A DNA stretch of 64,000 bases. It comes from an uncultured Acidobacteriota bacterium (GTDB lineage: Bacteria > Acidobacteriota > JAQAZP01). Both the position numbers and the translations under genes were made by a program. How positions within the stretch are numbered: position 1 is the stretch's first letter; every line of letters starts with the position of its first letter. The notes under the pieces were generated by a model. The model worked only from the letters and a program-made list of their open reading frames with translations, was not told where the DNA came from and did not search any database. Positions 9,656-19,851 of the stretch are shown in pieces. The stretch is from NCBI GenBank assembly GCA_963836075.1, contig CAWIIB010000001.1, positions 1,376,001 through 1,440,000 of the forward strand, given 5' to 3'.

Positions 9656-12139
9656 ATGGTGCTGATAGTCGACGAGCGATACGATCCGCGGGCCTTCGAA
9701 TCGAAGTGGCGCGAGAAGTGGCTGGAGACCGGTCTGTACAACGCTTCCAGCGATGACGACCGGCCCAAGTATTACTGTCTCGACTTCTTCCCCTACCCCT
9801 CCGGGGCCGGTCTCAGCGTGGGCCACTGCCGCAACTACGTGCCCACCGACGTGATCTGCCGCTACCAGCGGATGAACGGCCGCAACGTGCTGCACCCCAT
9901 GGGCTGGGACGCCTTTGGCCTGCCGGCGGAGAACGAGGCGATCCGCCGCGGTCGGCACCCCTCGGAGACCACCCGGGAATACGCCGCCAACTACCGCCGC
10001 CAGATGGAGCTGATCGGCGTGGGCTACGACTGGAGCCGCGAGATCAACTCCAGCGACCCCGACTACTACCGCTGGACCCAGTGGTTCTTCCTGCTGCTGT
10101 ACCGCCGGGGCCTGGCCTACCGCACCTCGGGCTACCAGTGGTGGTGCCCCGACTGCAAGACCATCCTGGCCAACGAGCAGGTGGAGGCCGGCAAATGCTG
10201 GCGCTGCGGCGAGACGGTGACCAAGAAGGTACTGGACCAGTGGTACTTCAGGATCACCGACTATGCCGACCGTCTGCTGGAGGGCCTGGACCGCATCGAC
10301 TGGCCCGATCGGATCAAGATGATGCAGCGCAACTGGATCGGCCGCAGCGAGGGGTCGACCATTTTCTTCCCCCTGGAGGGGCACGAACCGCTGGAGGTCT
10401 TCACCACCCGGCCGGACACCCTCTTCGGCGTCAGCTTCATGGTGCTGGCCCCGGAGCACCCGCTGGCGGGCGCCCTGACCACCGGGGACCGCAAGGCCGA
10501 GGTGGAGGCCTACGTTGCCGAAGCGATGAAGCAGCAGGAGATCGACCGGCTCTCCACCGAACGGGAGAAGACCGGTGTCTTCACCGGCAGCTACGCCACA
10601 CACCCGATCACCGGTGAGCCTGTGCCGGTCTGGATCGCCGACTACGTGATCATGACCTACGGATCGGGCGCGGTGATGGCGGTGCCGGCCCACGACCAGC
10701 GTGACTTCGAGTTCGCCACGAAGTTCGACCTGCCGATCAAGCCGGTGATCAAGCCGCTGCAGGGCGAGCTGGCCCAGCCGCTGGCCGAGGCCTTCCAGGA
10801 ACCGGGACTGATGTTCAACTCCGGCGAGTTCGACGGGCAGCCGTCCAGTGAGGGCGGCCAGGCGGTCACCGCGAAACTGGCGCAGCAGAAACTGGGCCAG
10901 GCGGCCATCACCTGGCGCATGCGTGACTGGCTGATCAGCCGCCAGCGCTTCTGGGGTGCACCGATCCCCATGATCCACTGTGACAGCTGCGGTATCGTGC
11001 CGGTGCCCGAGGACCTGCTGCCGGTGAAACTGCCCGAAATCGCGGAGATCAAGCCCAGCGGCACCGGCCGTTCACCGCTGGCCAATGTTCCGCAGTTCGT
11101 GGAAACCAGCTGTCCGAAGTGCGGCGGGCCGGGGCGCCGGGAGACCGACACCATGGACGGCTTTGCCTGCAGTTCGTGGTATTTTCTCCGCTTCACCTCG
11201 CCCCACACCACCGACCGGCCGTTCGACGAAAAAGAGATGACCTACTGGTCCCCCGCCGACCTCTACGTCGGCGGCGCCGAGCACGCAGTGATGCACCTGC
11301 TCTACGCCCGCTTCTGGACCAAGGTGATGTTCGACGAGGGGCTGGTGCCCTTTGACGAGCCGTTCCCCCGGCTGCTCAACCAGGGGATGGTCCACGCCGA
11401 AGACGGCTCGAAGATGTCCAAGTCCAAGGGCAACGTGATCAGCCCCGACTCGGTGGTGGACAGATACGGTGCCGACACCCTGCGGACCTACGAGCTGTTC
11501 ATGGCCCCCTTTGACCAGCCGGTGACCTGGAGCGACCAGGACATCAAGGGCGTGCACCGCTTCCTCTCCCGCATCTGGCGTCTGGCCATGGAGGCCGGCG
11601 ACCTGGCCGCCCTGGACGATGCCGGGATCGATCCGGCAAAGCTGGAGCCGTCGCCGCTGGCCCTGTTCAAGGAGATCCACCGCACCGCGGCCCGGGTCAC
11701 CGCCGACATGGACCGCCTGGCCTTCAACACCGGCATCGCCGCGATGATGGAACTGCTGAACAGGATGTATCTGCACCACGAGGCACACGGCATGGACCGC
11801 GTGCTGCGCCAGGCGGTGAAGATGCTGGTGCTGCTCACCGCGCCCATGGCCCCGCACATGGCCGAGGAGATCTGGGAGCGGGCCGGCGGGGGCTACAGCA
11901 TCCACCAGCAGCCCTGGCCCGTCTTCCGCGAGGAGATGCTGCAGCGGGAGACCTTCCAGCTGGTGGTGCAGGTCAACGGCAAAAAGCGCGAAGCCCTCGA
12001 CGTGCCGGTGGACATCGAGGCCGACCAGGCGAAAGAGCTGGCGCTCAACACCGGAAAGGTCAAGTCCCACATCGAGGGCAAGACCGTGCTCAAGGCGATC
12101 TACGTCCCCGGCCGGCTGGTCAACATCGTGGTGAAGTAA
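9656..12139 (+). CDS. leuS: Leucine--tRNA ligase
   Basis: FPYPSGAGLSVGH (HIGH variant), GWDAFGLPAEN, FTTRPDT editing domain, DWLISRQRFWG, KMSKS, VVQVNGK; start 9653 or 9656. Confidence 0.97.
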   Translation: MVLIVDERYDPRAFESKWREKWLETGLYNASSDDDRPKYYCLDFFPYPSGAGLSVGHCRNYVPTDVICRYQRMNGRNVLHPMGWDAFGLPAENEAIRRGRHPSETTREYAANYRRQMELIGVGYDWSREINSSDPDYYRWTQWFFLLLYRRGLAYRTSGYQWWCPDCKTILANEQVEAGKCWRCGETVTKKVLDQWYFRITDYADRLLEGLDRIDWPDRIKMMQRNWIGRSEGSTIFFPLEGHEPLEVFTTRPDTLFGVSFMVLAPEHPLAGALTTGDRKAEVEAYVAEAMKQQEIDRLSTEREKTGVFTGSYATHPITGEPVPVWIADYVIMTYGSGAVMAVPAHDQRDFEFATKFDLPIKPVIKPLQGELAQPLAEAFQEPGLMFNSGEFDGQPSSEGGQAVTAKLAQQKLGQAAITWRMRDWLISRQRFWGAPIPMIHCDSCGIVPVPEDLLPVKLPEIAEIKPSGTGRSPLANVPQFVETSCPKCGGPGRRETDTMDGFACSSWYFLRFTSPHTTDRPFDEKEMTYWSPADLYVGGAEHAVMHLLYARFWTKVMFDEGLVPFDEPFPRLLNQGMVHAEDGSKMSKSKGNVISPDSVVDRYGADTLRTYELFMAPFDQPVTWSDQDIKGVHRFLSRIWRLAMEAGDLAALDDAGIDPAKLEPSPLALFKEIHRTAARVTADMDRLAFNTGIAAMMELLNRMYLHHEAHGMDRVLRQAVKMLVLLTAPMAPHMAEEIWERAGGGYSIHQQPWPVFREEMLQRETFQLVVQVNGKKREALDVPVDIEADQAKELALNTGKVKSHIEGKTVLKAIYVPGRLVNIVVK

Positions 12140-12142
12140 GCC

Positions 12143-12913
12143 TCAGAACCGGTAGACCCCGGAGATTACCGCCGCGTTGAACCAGGCGAAGTTGTATACC
12201 TGTTCCACGTCAGCCCCCCCCTCGACGGTGCGGTAGCCGGCCGTAACCGACCAGTGATCGTTCACGTCGTACCCGAGCTTGAGGCCAAGATCGATGGCCC
12301 GGCCGGGGCCGCCGGCCAGCGCGTCCAGGTCAGTGGTAAAGTGCCACCGCTGGGCAAAGCGGCAGTCGGCGGCAAAATGCAGTAAGGGCACAAAACCGAA
12401 GTCGTCATCCTTGCTTGACGTATCTCCCTGACGGAGCTCGATCTTCGCATCGCGGATCTTGGCCGTGAAACCGACCCACAGTTTCCACCGCTCGCCATTC
12501 TTGAACCGGTAGCGGTAGGACAAGCGCCAGGAGTTGAACTGATAGGTGGCATCTGTCGGCACACCCGGCTCATAGGTCTGGCCGGCGAAGTCAACCTGCT
12601 CGTCGAGACTGCCGGTCTCGGTGTAGGCCAGCGGCGCCAGCAGCAGACGGAGGCCATGCTTCGGCTTGATGTTCCAGGTGAAATAGAGCCGGCCGGCCAG
12701 CCACGGCCCGGCGCCCACCGTATCTTTGAGCGAAAACCGCGTGCCGAGTTCGGTGTTGGGGATCTGGACATCGTTGGAAGTCTGCCAGACCGGTCCGGCC
12801 TCGAGTTCGAGGATGAACCGCGAGTCGTCCCCGGCATTTGCCGCCCCGGCCACCGCCAGCATAACCATGGCACCAAGGGCCAGGATACCAGTGAGCTTTT
12901 CGCCTGTTCGCAT
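12143..12913 (-). CDS. Outer-membrane beta-barrel protein (unknown function)
   Basis: GGAGG RBS; signal peptide; amphipathic beta strands; C-terminal SGVYRF beta-signal. Confidence 0.75.
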   Translation of the reverse strand: MRTGEKLTGILALGAMVMLAVAGAANAGDDSRFILELEAGPVWQTSNDVQIPNTELGTRFSLKDTVGAGPWLAGRLYFTWNIKPKHGLRLLLAPLAYTETGSLDEQVDFAGQTYEPGVPTDATYQFNSWRLSYRYRFKNGERWKLWVGFTAKIRDAKIELRQGDTSSKDDDFGFVPLLHFAADCRFAQRWHFTTDLDALAGGPGRAIDLGLKLGYDVNDHWSVTAGYRTVEGGADVEQVYNFAWFNAAVISGVYRF

Positions 12914-12936
12914 ATTCACACCTCCCGAATGTGTTA

Positions 12937-13878
12937 TCAAACCAATCCCAGAATCCTCAAACGAAGATCATTGATCGAATAGCGCTGTGCGCTGTTGTGG
13001 AGGGCGGCCCGGACCCGGCGGCGCAGGGCCCGCTTGCGCAGGAAGTGGATTTTCAGGTAACGGGTCACCGGGGCGTCGATGCCGAAGTCGATGGAGTCGA
13101 AGCCCAGCTCGGGGAAGCGCTGGATAAAAAGATCCACTTCCTCCAGGTTTTGCCGCACGATGGTCATGTGGCCCCAGATCTTCAGCTCCGTTCCCAGCCG
13201 CTCCCGGGCCTCCCGCACCCGCCGGATGCACTCCAGCACCCGCTCCCAGCGCGAACCGGCGTTGACCAGCTCGTGAGTCTCCCTGGTGGCCGCGTTGAGA
13301 GAAAAGTAGACGAAATCGGAGTGGCGGGCGATCTTCTCAGCCCATTCCTCGCTGACCATCATCCCGTTGGTCAGGAAGGAGATCTTCTTGCCCCGGGCCG
13401 CGGCGTAATCGAAGAAAGTTTTGGCCGAGGGGATGAAGAGCGGCTCACCCCCCTGGATCTCGATGCTGCTGAACGGCTCGAGGTCGAGGTTCTCCTTCAT
13501 CCTCTCGAAATCGAGGGCCAACGTGTTCCTGCTGTCCTGCCAGCACATGATGCACTCGATGTTGCAGGCCTCTCCGAACATCAGCTTCAGCCGCTTCAGC
13601 TCGCCGTAGTCGATATCCAGATGCTCTTTTCGCTCCACGTCAGCGCTCTTGTCCAGCAGGGTACAGTTGCCATAGCAGGCCAGCCGGCCCTCCAAAGAAT
13701 CCCGGCGCAGCCGCTGGATCGTATCGTTGTTGCTGATGTCACGGAGTGTCTGATGGTGGATGCTGCCCAGCACTTCGGGCTGGCAGTGGCAGCAGGTGTA
13801 GACCCTGCCCTGTTCGTCGATGAAGGCCTCGTCCCACAGACGGGGGCAGTAGGTTCCGTTGTCACTGGTGCGGCTCAT
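12937..13878 (-). CDS. Radical SAM protein with N-terminal SPASM-like Cys cluster
   Basis: N-terminal CPRLW..GRVYTCC..CYGNC; core CNIECIMC, GGEP, TNG. Confidence 0.85.
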   Translation of the reverse strand: MSRTSDNGTYCPRLWDEAFIDEQGRVYTCCHCQPEVLGSIHHQTLRDISNNDTIQRLRRDSLEGRLACYGNCTLLDKSADVERKEHLDIDYGELKRLKLMFGEACNIECIMCWQDSRNTLALDFERMKENLDLEPFSSIEIQGGEPLFIPSAKTFFDYAAARGKKISFLTNGMMVSEEWAEKIARHSDFVYFSLNAATRETHELVNAGSRWERVLECIRRVREARERLGTELKIWGHMTIVRQNLEEVDLFIQRFPELGFDSIDFGIDAPVTRYLKIHFLRKRALRRRVRAALHNSAQRYSINDLRLRILGLV

Positions 13879-13971
13879 GGCTGGTCTCCATCACCGGGCC
13901 GGACACAGCATCGCCGGCCGCAGTGCGGAGCATTATAGCATCGGCTCGAGATTCGTCGGCAGGTCAGGCCG

Positions 13972-15370
<1,399 letters not shown>

Positions 15371-15501
15371 GTTTTTCCTGGTCCGGCGTTATTACAAATC
15401 TCTACCCGCCGGACGCGTGGAAAAGAAAGGACCGCAACAATCGCGGCAATGTGTAGAGGCGAGAGCATACGCGATCGGGACCGGGTACGCAAGCGAAAAG
15501 A

Positions 15502-16983
15502 TTACCGGGAGGACGAATCCACATACCGCTTCGCGGTCCGTCGGTCCACGCCCAGGCGGCGGGCCACGGCTTCGTAGCTCCCCAGTTGCTGGTGCAGCAG
15601 AGCCGCGTAACGGCCCATCAGGCTCCGGGCGTCCAGCGATCCGTTCTCCACACCACTCACCAGCCGGGCCCGATGGTCCGGCGCCGGCGCCGGTTCTCCG
15701 CCGTAGCTGCCGGTGAGCAGGACCCTTCGAATGGCCTGCTCCAGCTCGCGCACGTTGCCCGGCCAGGGATAGTCCGGCGGCAGGCTGGCCGCCAGCGCCT
15801 CCCGGACCCTGGTCACCACTTCCGGGTTGGCCGCACCGGTGATCCGGGTCACCAGCAGGGTGGTGAGCGCCGCCAGTTCGGCGGCGGTTTCAGCGATCCG
15901 CTGGCGGAGGGGCGGCACGGTGATCACGTCGGAACTGAGGCGGTAGAAAAAGTCGTCGCGGAAACGGCCCGACCCCCGCAGTCGCTCCAGCGGTGTGTTG
16001 GTGGCGGCGATGACCCGGCCGCTGAAACGCTGGCGCTGGTGGCTGCCCACCGGTGAAAACGTCCGCTCCTGGAGCACCTGGAGCAGCTTGATCTGCACCG
16101 GGATGGACACCTCGCCGATCTCGTCGAGGAACAGGGCGCCGTGGGGGCTCACCCGGGCGAAGATCCCCTCGTGGTGGTCCATGGCGCCGGTAAAGGAACC
16201 CTTGCGGTGGCCGAAGAGCTCCGACTCGATGAGGTTCTCCTGGTACTGGGAGAGGTTGATGGAGAGGAAGGTCCGGGTGAAACTCTCGGCAAACCGGCCG
16301 TGCCGCGAATCGAAGGGGATGCATCCCGAGCGCCCCACCGCCGCGGCCGCCGCCCCCTTGCCCGAACCGGTTTCGCCGAGGATCAGGGTGGAGAAATCCT
16401 CCATGCGGTCCCAGAGATAGCGGTCATAGAGCGCCACGTCGTGGGTGAAGACGCTGTTCCACAACGACCGCCGCAGCCGGCGCATGCAGTCGCTGGGCCC
16501 CACCAGCCCGTGGGCGATGAAATAGAAGGCCCGGCGCAGCTGGTAAAAAAGGGCCAGGAAGCGCAACGATTCGCTGCGCGAGAAACCGCGGCCGGTCAGC
16601 TCACCCAGAAGGTCGCCGGCAAAGGGAACCGGCGCCGGCTCCTCGCCCAGTTCCAGCTGGTCGGTGATCAGGCCATCGATGCGGTCCACGTAGCGATGAA
16701 AGATGTGGAAGAGCCAGGCATACTCCACCAGACGGCGGTCCTCGCCGGTGAAACCGGTGATCCGGCCCCGTCCCTCCCGTTCCAGAGCGGTGAGCCGCTG
16801 CTCCACCGCCGGGCTGAAAAGCCGGATCCGCTCCAGCTCCGACATCCCCCGGTGGACCTCCACGCCGGCGATCCGGCTGTCCAGTTCCCGGCGTTCCGGC
16901 GTGAAGGGATTGGTCACCACCGCACGAGCCACCAGCGAGAGGAACTCCCGGTCGCCCCCTGACAAGATTGTCTTCGCTACCAT
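15502..16983 (-). CDS. Sigma54-dependent activator with unassigned N-terminal domain
   Basis: GETGSGKG, ESELFGH, GSFTGA, FLDEIG, WPGNVREL, C-terminal HTH; divergent from VIT gene. Confidence 0.9.
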   Translation of the reverse strand: MVAKTILSGGDREFLSLVARAVVTNPFTPERRELDSRIAGVEVHRGMSELERIRLFSPAVEQRLTALEREGRGRITGFTGEDRRLVEYAWLFHIFHRYVDRIDGLITDQLELGEEPAPVPFAGDLLGELTGRGFSRSESLRFLALFYQLRRAFYFIAHGLVGPSDCMRRLRRSLWNSVFTHDVALYDRYLWDRMEDFSTLILGETGSGKGAAAAAVGRSGCIPFDSRHGRFAESFTRTFLSINLSQYQENLIESELFGHRKGSFTGAMDHHEGIFARVSPHGALFLDEIGEVSIPVQIKLLQVLQERTFSPVGSHQRQRFSGRVIAATNTPLERLRGSGRFRDDFFYRLSSDVITVPPLRQRIAETAAELAALTTLLVTRITGAANPEVVTRVREALAASLPPDYPWPGNVRELEQAIRRVLLTGSYGGEPAPAPDHRARLVSGVENGSLDARSLMGRYAALLHQQLGSYEAVARRLGVDRRTAKRYVDSSSR

Positions 16984-16990
16984 GCAAATA

Positions 16991-17009
16991 ATGTATATCA
17001 AATGTACAT
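16991..17009. promoter_or_regulatory. Imperfect palindrome, candidate upstream activator site
   Basis: ATGTATAT-CAA-ATGTACAT (TGT-N11-ACA), about 90 nt upstream of the sigma54 promoter in an AT-rich spacer. Confidence 0.5.
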
Positions 17010-17094
17010 ATAATGCAACCAAACAAAGACAGACGAAAACCAGCCATTGTCGTAAACCATTGGTATTTTACAGTTAAACCCTCCAGATACCAGT

Positions 17095-17110
17095 TGGCAT
17101 GATTCCCGCT
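17095..17110 (+). promoter_or_regulatory. Sigma54 (-24/-12) promoter of VIT/rhombosortase operon
   Basis: TGGCATGATTCCCGCT: GG and GC at consensus spacing; next to a divergent sigma54 activator. Confidence 0.65.
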
Positions 17111-17163
17111 ATTGATGGCTTGTGAGAAGAGCGTATTCATACTAACCGAAACGGAGGTGTACG

Positions 17164-19203
17164 ATGAACAGCAGAGAAAGAAAGAGCCGCAGAAGCCGGC
17201 AGTGGATGGCCGCGCTCATTCTGTTCGCCATGTCCGTCCTGGTCTGGCCCGCGGCTGAGACCCGGGCCGCCGGCACGCTCACCCCGATAAACTCGGAGTA
17301 CCCGCCGGTGCAGATCAAGGACCACCAGGTGAACATCACCATCAACAATGGCTTTGCCATGACCGAGGTGGTCCAGACCTTCTTCAACCCCAATTCCACC
17401 GACGTGGAGGCCCTCTATTCCTTCCCGCTGCCCAAAAGCGCCAGCCTCTCCGAAGTAACCATCACCTCGGGGGAAACCGAGATCAACGGCGAGGTTCTGC
17501 CGAAGCAGGAGGCACGGGATGCGTACGAGAACGAGAAGCAGAGCGGCAACGACGCCGGCCTGGCCGAGAAGAACGAGTTCTATAGTTTCGAGTTTTCGGT
17601 CTACCCGGTACGCGCGGGACAGGAGACGGTGATCCGCTTCCTCTACTACCAGCCGCTGGAGATCGAGATGGGCGTGGGCCGCTACCTCTACCCGCTGCAG
17701 GAAGGCGGCACTGACGAAGTTGCCGAAGCCTTCTGGAGCCGCAACGAAGTGGTGGAAGAACTGTTCAGCATCAACGCGGAAGTCAAGTCGGCCGCCCCCC
17801 TCGACTCGGTGCGGGTCCCCGGTTTCAACGGCGCCGCCGTGGTGGAGAAAAAGGCCGAGGAGCACTACCTGGTATCGCTCCAGGAACAGCATGCCACCCT
17901 CGATCGCGACTTCGTCCTCTACTACCGCCTGGTGCCTGACCTGCCGGGCCGGGTGGAACTAATCCCCTACCGCGCGTCCCACGACGGCCCGGGCACCTTC
18001 ATGATGGTGGTCACCCCAGGCATGGACCTCCAGCCGATCACCGGCGGCGCGGACTATCTGTTCGTCCTCGACACCTCGGGCAGCATGAACTCCAAGATCG
18101 GCACCCTGGCCAACGCGGTGAGCCAGTCCCTGGGTAAGCTCCGTGGGGACGACCGCTTCCGCGTGGTCACCTTCAGCAACAGCGCCAAAGACCTCACCGG
18201 CGGCTGGATCAACGCCACCGAGCAGAACGTGCTCCACTATGCCCGAGAGGTGGAGTCGCTGCAGTCCGATGGCGGCACCGACATCTACCGCGGCCTGAAG
18301 CTGGCGCTTGGCGACCTGGAAGCGGATCGGGCCACCAGCCTGATCCTGGTCACCGACGGGGTGACCAACTGCGGGGTGGTGGACCCAAAAAAATTCCACC
18401 AGCTGATGAAGCAGTACGACATCCGGGTCTTCGGCTTCCTGCTGGGCAACAGCGGCAACTGGCCGCTGATGCGCACCATCTGTGACGCCAGCGGTGGATT
18501 CTACGCCGGTGTGTCCAACGCGGACGACATGGTGGGCCAGATCATGCTGGCCCGGAGCAAGATCACCTGCGAGTGCCTGCACGACGCCTCGCTGAAAATC
18601 TCCGGGGTGAAGGTCTTTGACGCTTCGGACGAGATGCTGGGCAAGGTCTACCGTGGCCAGCAGCTGGTGATTTTCGGCCGCTACGACCAGGGCGGTGAGG
18701 CCCAGGTGACCTTCAAGGGCCGGATGACCAGCGGGGAGAAGACCTACCGTACAAGCTTCAGTTTCCCCGACATCGACGAGAGCTGCCCCGAGGTGGAGCG
18801 GCTCTACGCCCTCAACCGCGTGGAACATCTGGAAGACATGGTCAACGCCGGACTCATTGCCGGTGACGAAGCCGATTCGGCCATCCGCGACCTGGGCCTG
18901 GCCTACCAGCTGGTGACGGACCAGACATCCATGGTGGTGCTCAGCGACGAGACCTTCGAGAAACTGGGCATCGACCGGCAGAACCGCCGACGGATCGAAC
19001 GCGAACGCGCGGCCCGGGCCCAACGCGCCGGCCAGACCCGCTCGCACCGAGTGGACACCAGTTCCCCGATGTTCAAGCGCAACTCCCCTTCACTGGGCGG
19101 CGGCGCCTTTGACCCGCTTTCCGCGGCAGCGGCCCTGGGGGCGGCACTGCTCTCTGTGGCCGGCTGGCGCCGTTCCCGCCGCAACAACGTAAAGAGAGAC
19201 TGA
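17164..19203 (+). CDS. Secreted VIT + vWA domain protein with GlyGly-CTERM-like sorting tail
   Basis: GGAGG RBS; signal peptide; VIT (QTFFNP..EALYSFPLP); MIDAS DTSGSM, TDG; tail SLGGGAF + hydrophobic helix + RRSRR. Confidence 0.9.
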   Translation: MNSRERKSRRSRQWMAALILFAMSVLVWPAAETRAAGTLTPINSEYPPVQIKDHQVNITINNGFAMTEVVQTFFNPNSTDVEALYSFPLPKSASLSEVTITSGETEINGEVLPKQEARDAYENEKQSGNDAGLAEKNEFYSFEFSVYPVRAGQETVIRFLYYQPLEIEMGVGRYLYPLQEGGTDEVAEAFWSRNEVVEELFSINAEVKSAAPLDSVRVPGFNGAAVVEKKAEEHYLVSLQEQHATLDRDFVLYYRLVPDLPGRVELIPYRASHDGPGTFMMVVTPGMDLQPITGGADYLFVLDTSGSMNSKIGTLANAVSQSLGKLRGDDRFRVVTFSNSAKDLTGGWINATEQNVLHYAREVESLQSDGGTDIYRGLKLALGDLEADRATSLILVTDGVTNCGVVDPKKFHQLMKQYDIRVFGFLLGNSGNWPLMRTICDASGGFYAGVSNADDMVGQIMLARSKITCECLHDASLKISGVKVFDASDEMLGKVYRGQQLVIFGRYDQGGEAQVTFKGRMTSGEKTYRTSFSFPDIDESCPEVERLYALNRVEHLEDMVNAGLIAGDEADSAIRDLGLAYQLVTDQTSMVVLSDETFEKLGIDRQNRRRIERERAARAQRAGQTRSHRVDTSSPMFKRNSPSLGGGAFDPLSAAAALGAALLSVAGWRRSRRNNVKRD

Positions 19204-19205
19204 GC

Positions 19206-19851
19206 ATGGACACAGGCTCGAACAGCCTGTCCACTGAGGGAGGGCGGCGCCTGCCCGGCGCCGCTCTCCTGCTGGCCGGTCTGGCCCTGGCCGTCCACCT
19301 GGTGCCCGGCGCGGACGAACTGCTGGAGTACCGGCGCGAGGCGATCATCGCCGGGCAGGTGTGGCGTATCCTCTCCGGCCACTGGGCCCACTTCACTCTG
19401 AACCACCTCTCGTGGGACCTGCTGGCCTTTCTGGTTCTCGGGTCGGCTTGTGAGCAGTTCAGCCGCCGCCGGTTCGTGCTGGCCGTATTCGGCTCGGCCA
19501 TCACGGTGGCCGCCGTGTCCTGGTTCCTGCTGCCCGGGATGACCGCCTACCGCGGCCTCTCCGGTATCGGCTCCGCCCTCTTCGGGCTGCTCACCGTCCA
19601 GTTGATCAGGAACGCGATCCGGCAAGGGTACGCCCCGGGCGCTCCTCTTCCCCGCTTCCCTGCTGCTCCTCTTCCTGGGCAAATCCGGCTATGAACTCTG
19701 GGCCGGGGCCAGCGTGTTTGTCAGCGACTACGGCGCGGCCGTGGACCCGGTGCCCCTGGCCCACCTGGCCGGTGCGGCGGTGGGCTGCGCCGCTGGCCTG
19801 GTCCGCGGGCCGACCACTCCCGCGAGAGACCTTACGGCAGCACCCCGGTGA
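19206..19851 (+). CDS. rrtA: Rhombosortase (rhomboid-family intramembrane protease), one +1 frameshift near 19628
   Basis: GQVWRILSGHWAH, NHL, catalytic YRGLSG; after the shift ...VPLAHLAG (catalytic His) to TGA 19849-19851. Confidence 0.8.
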
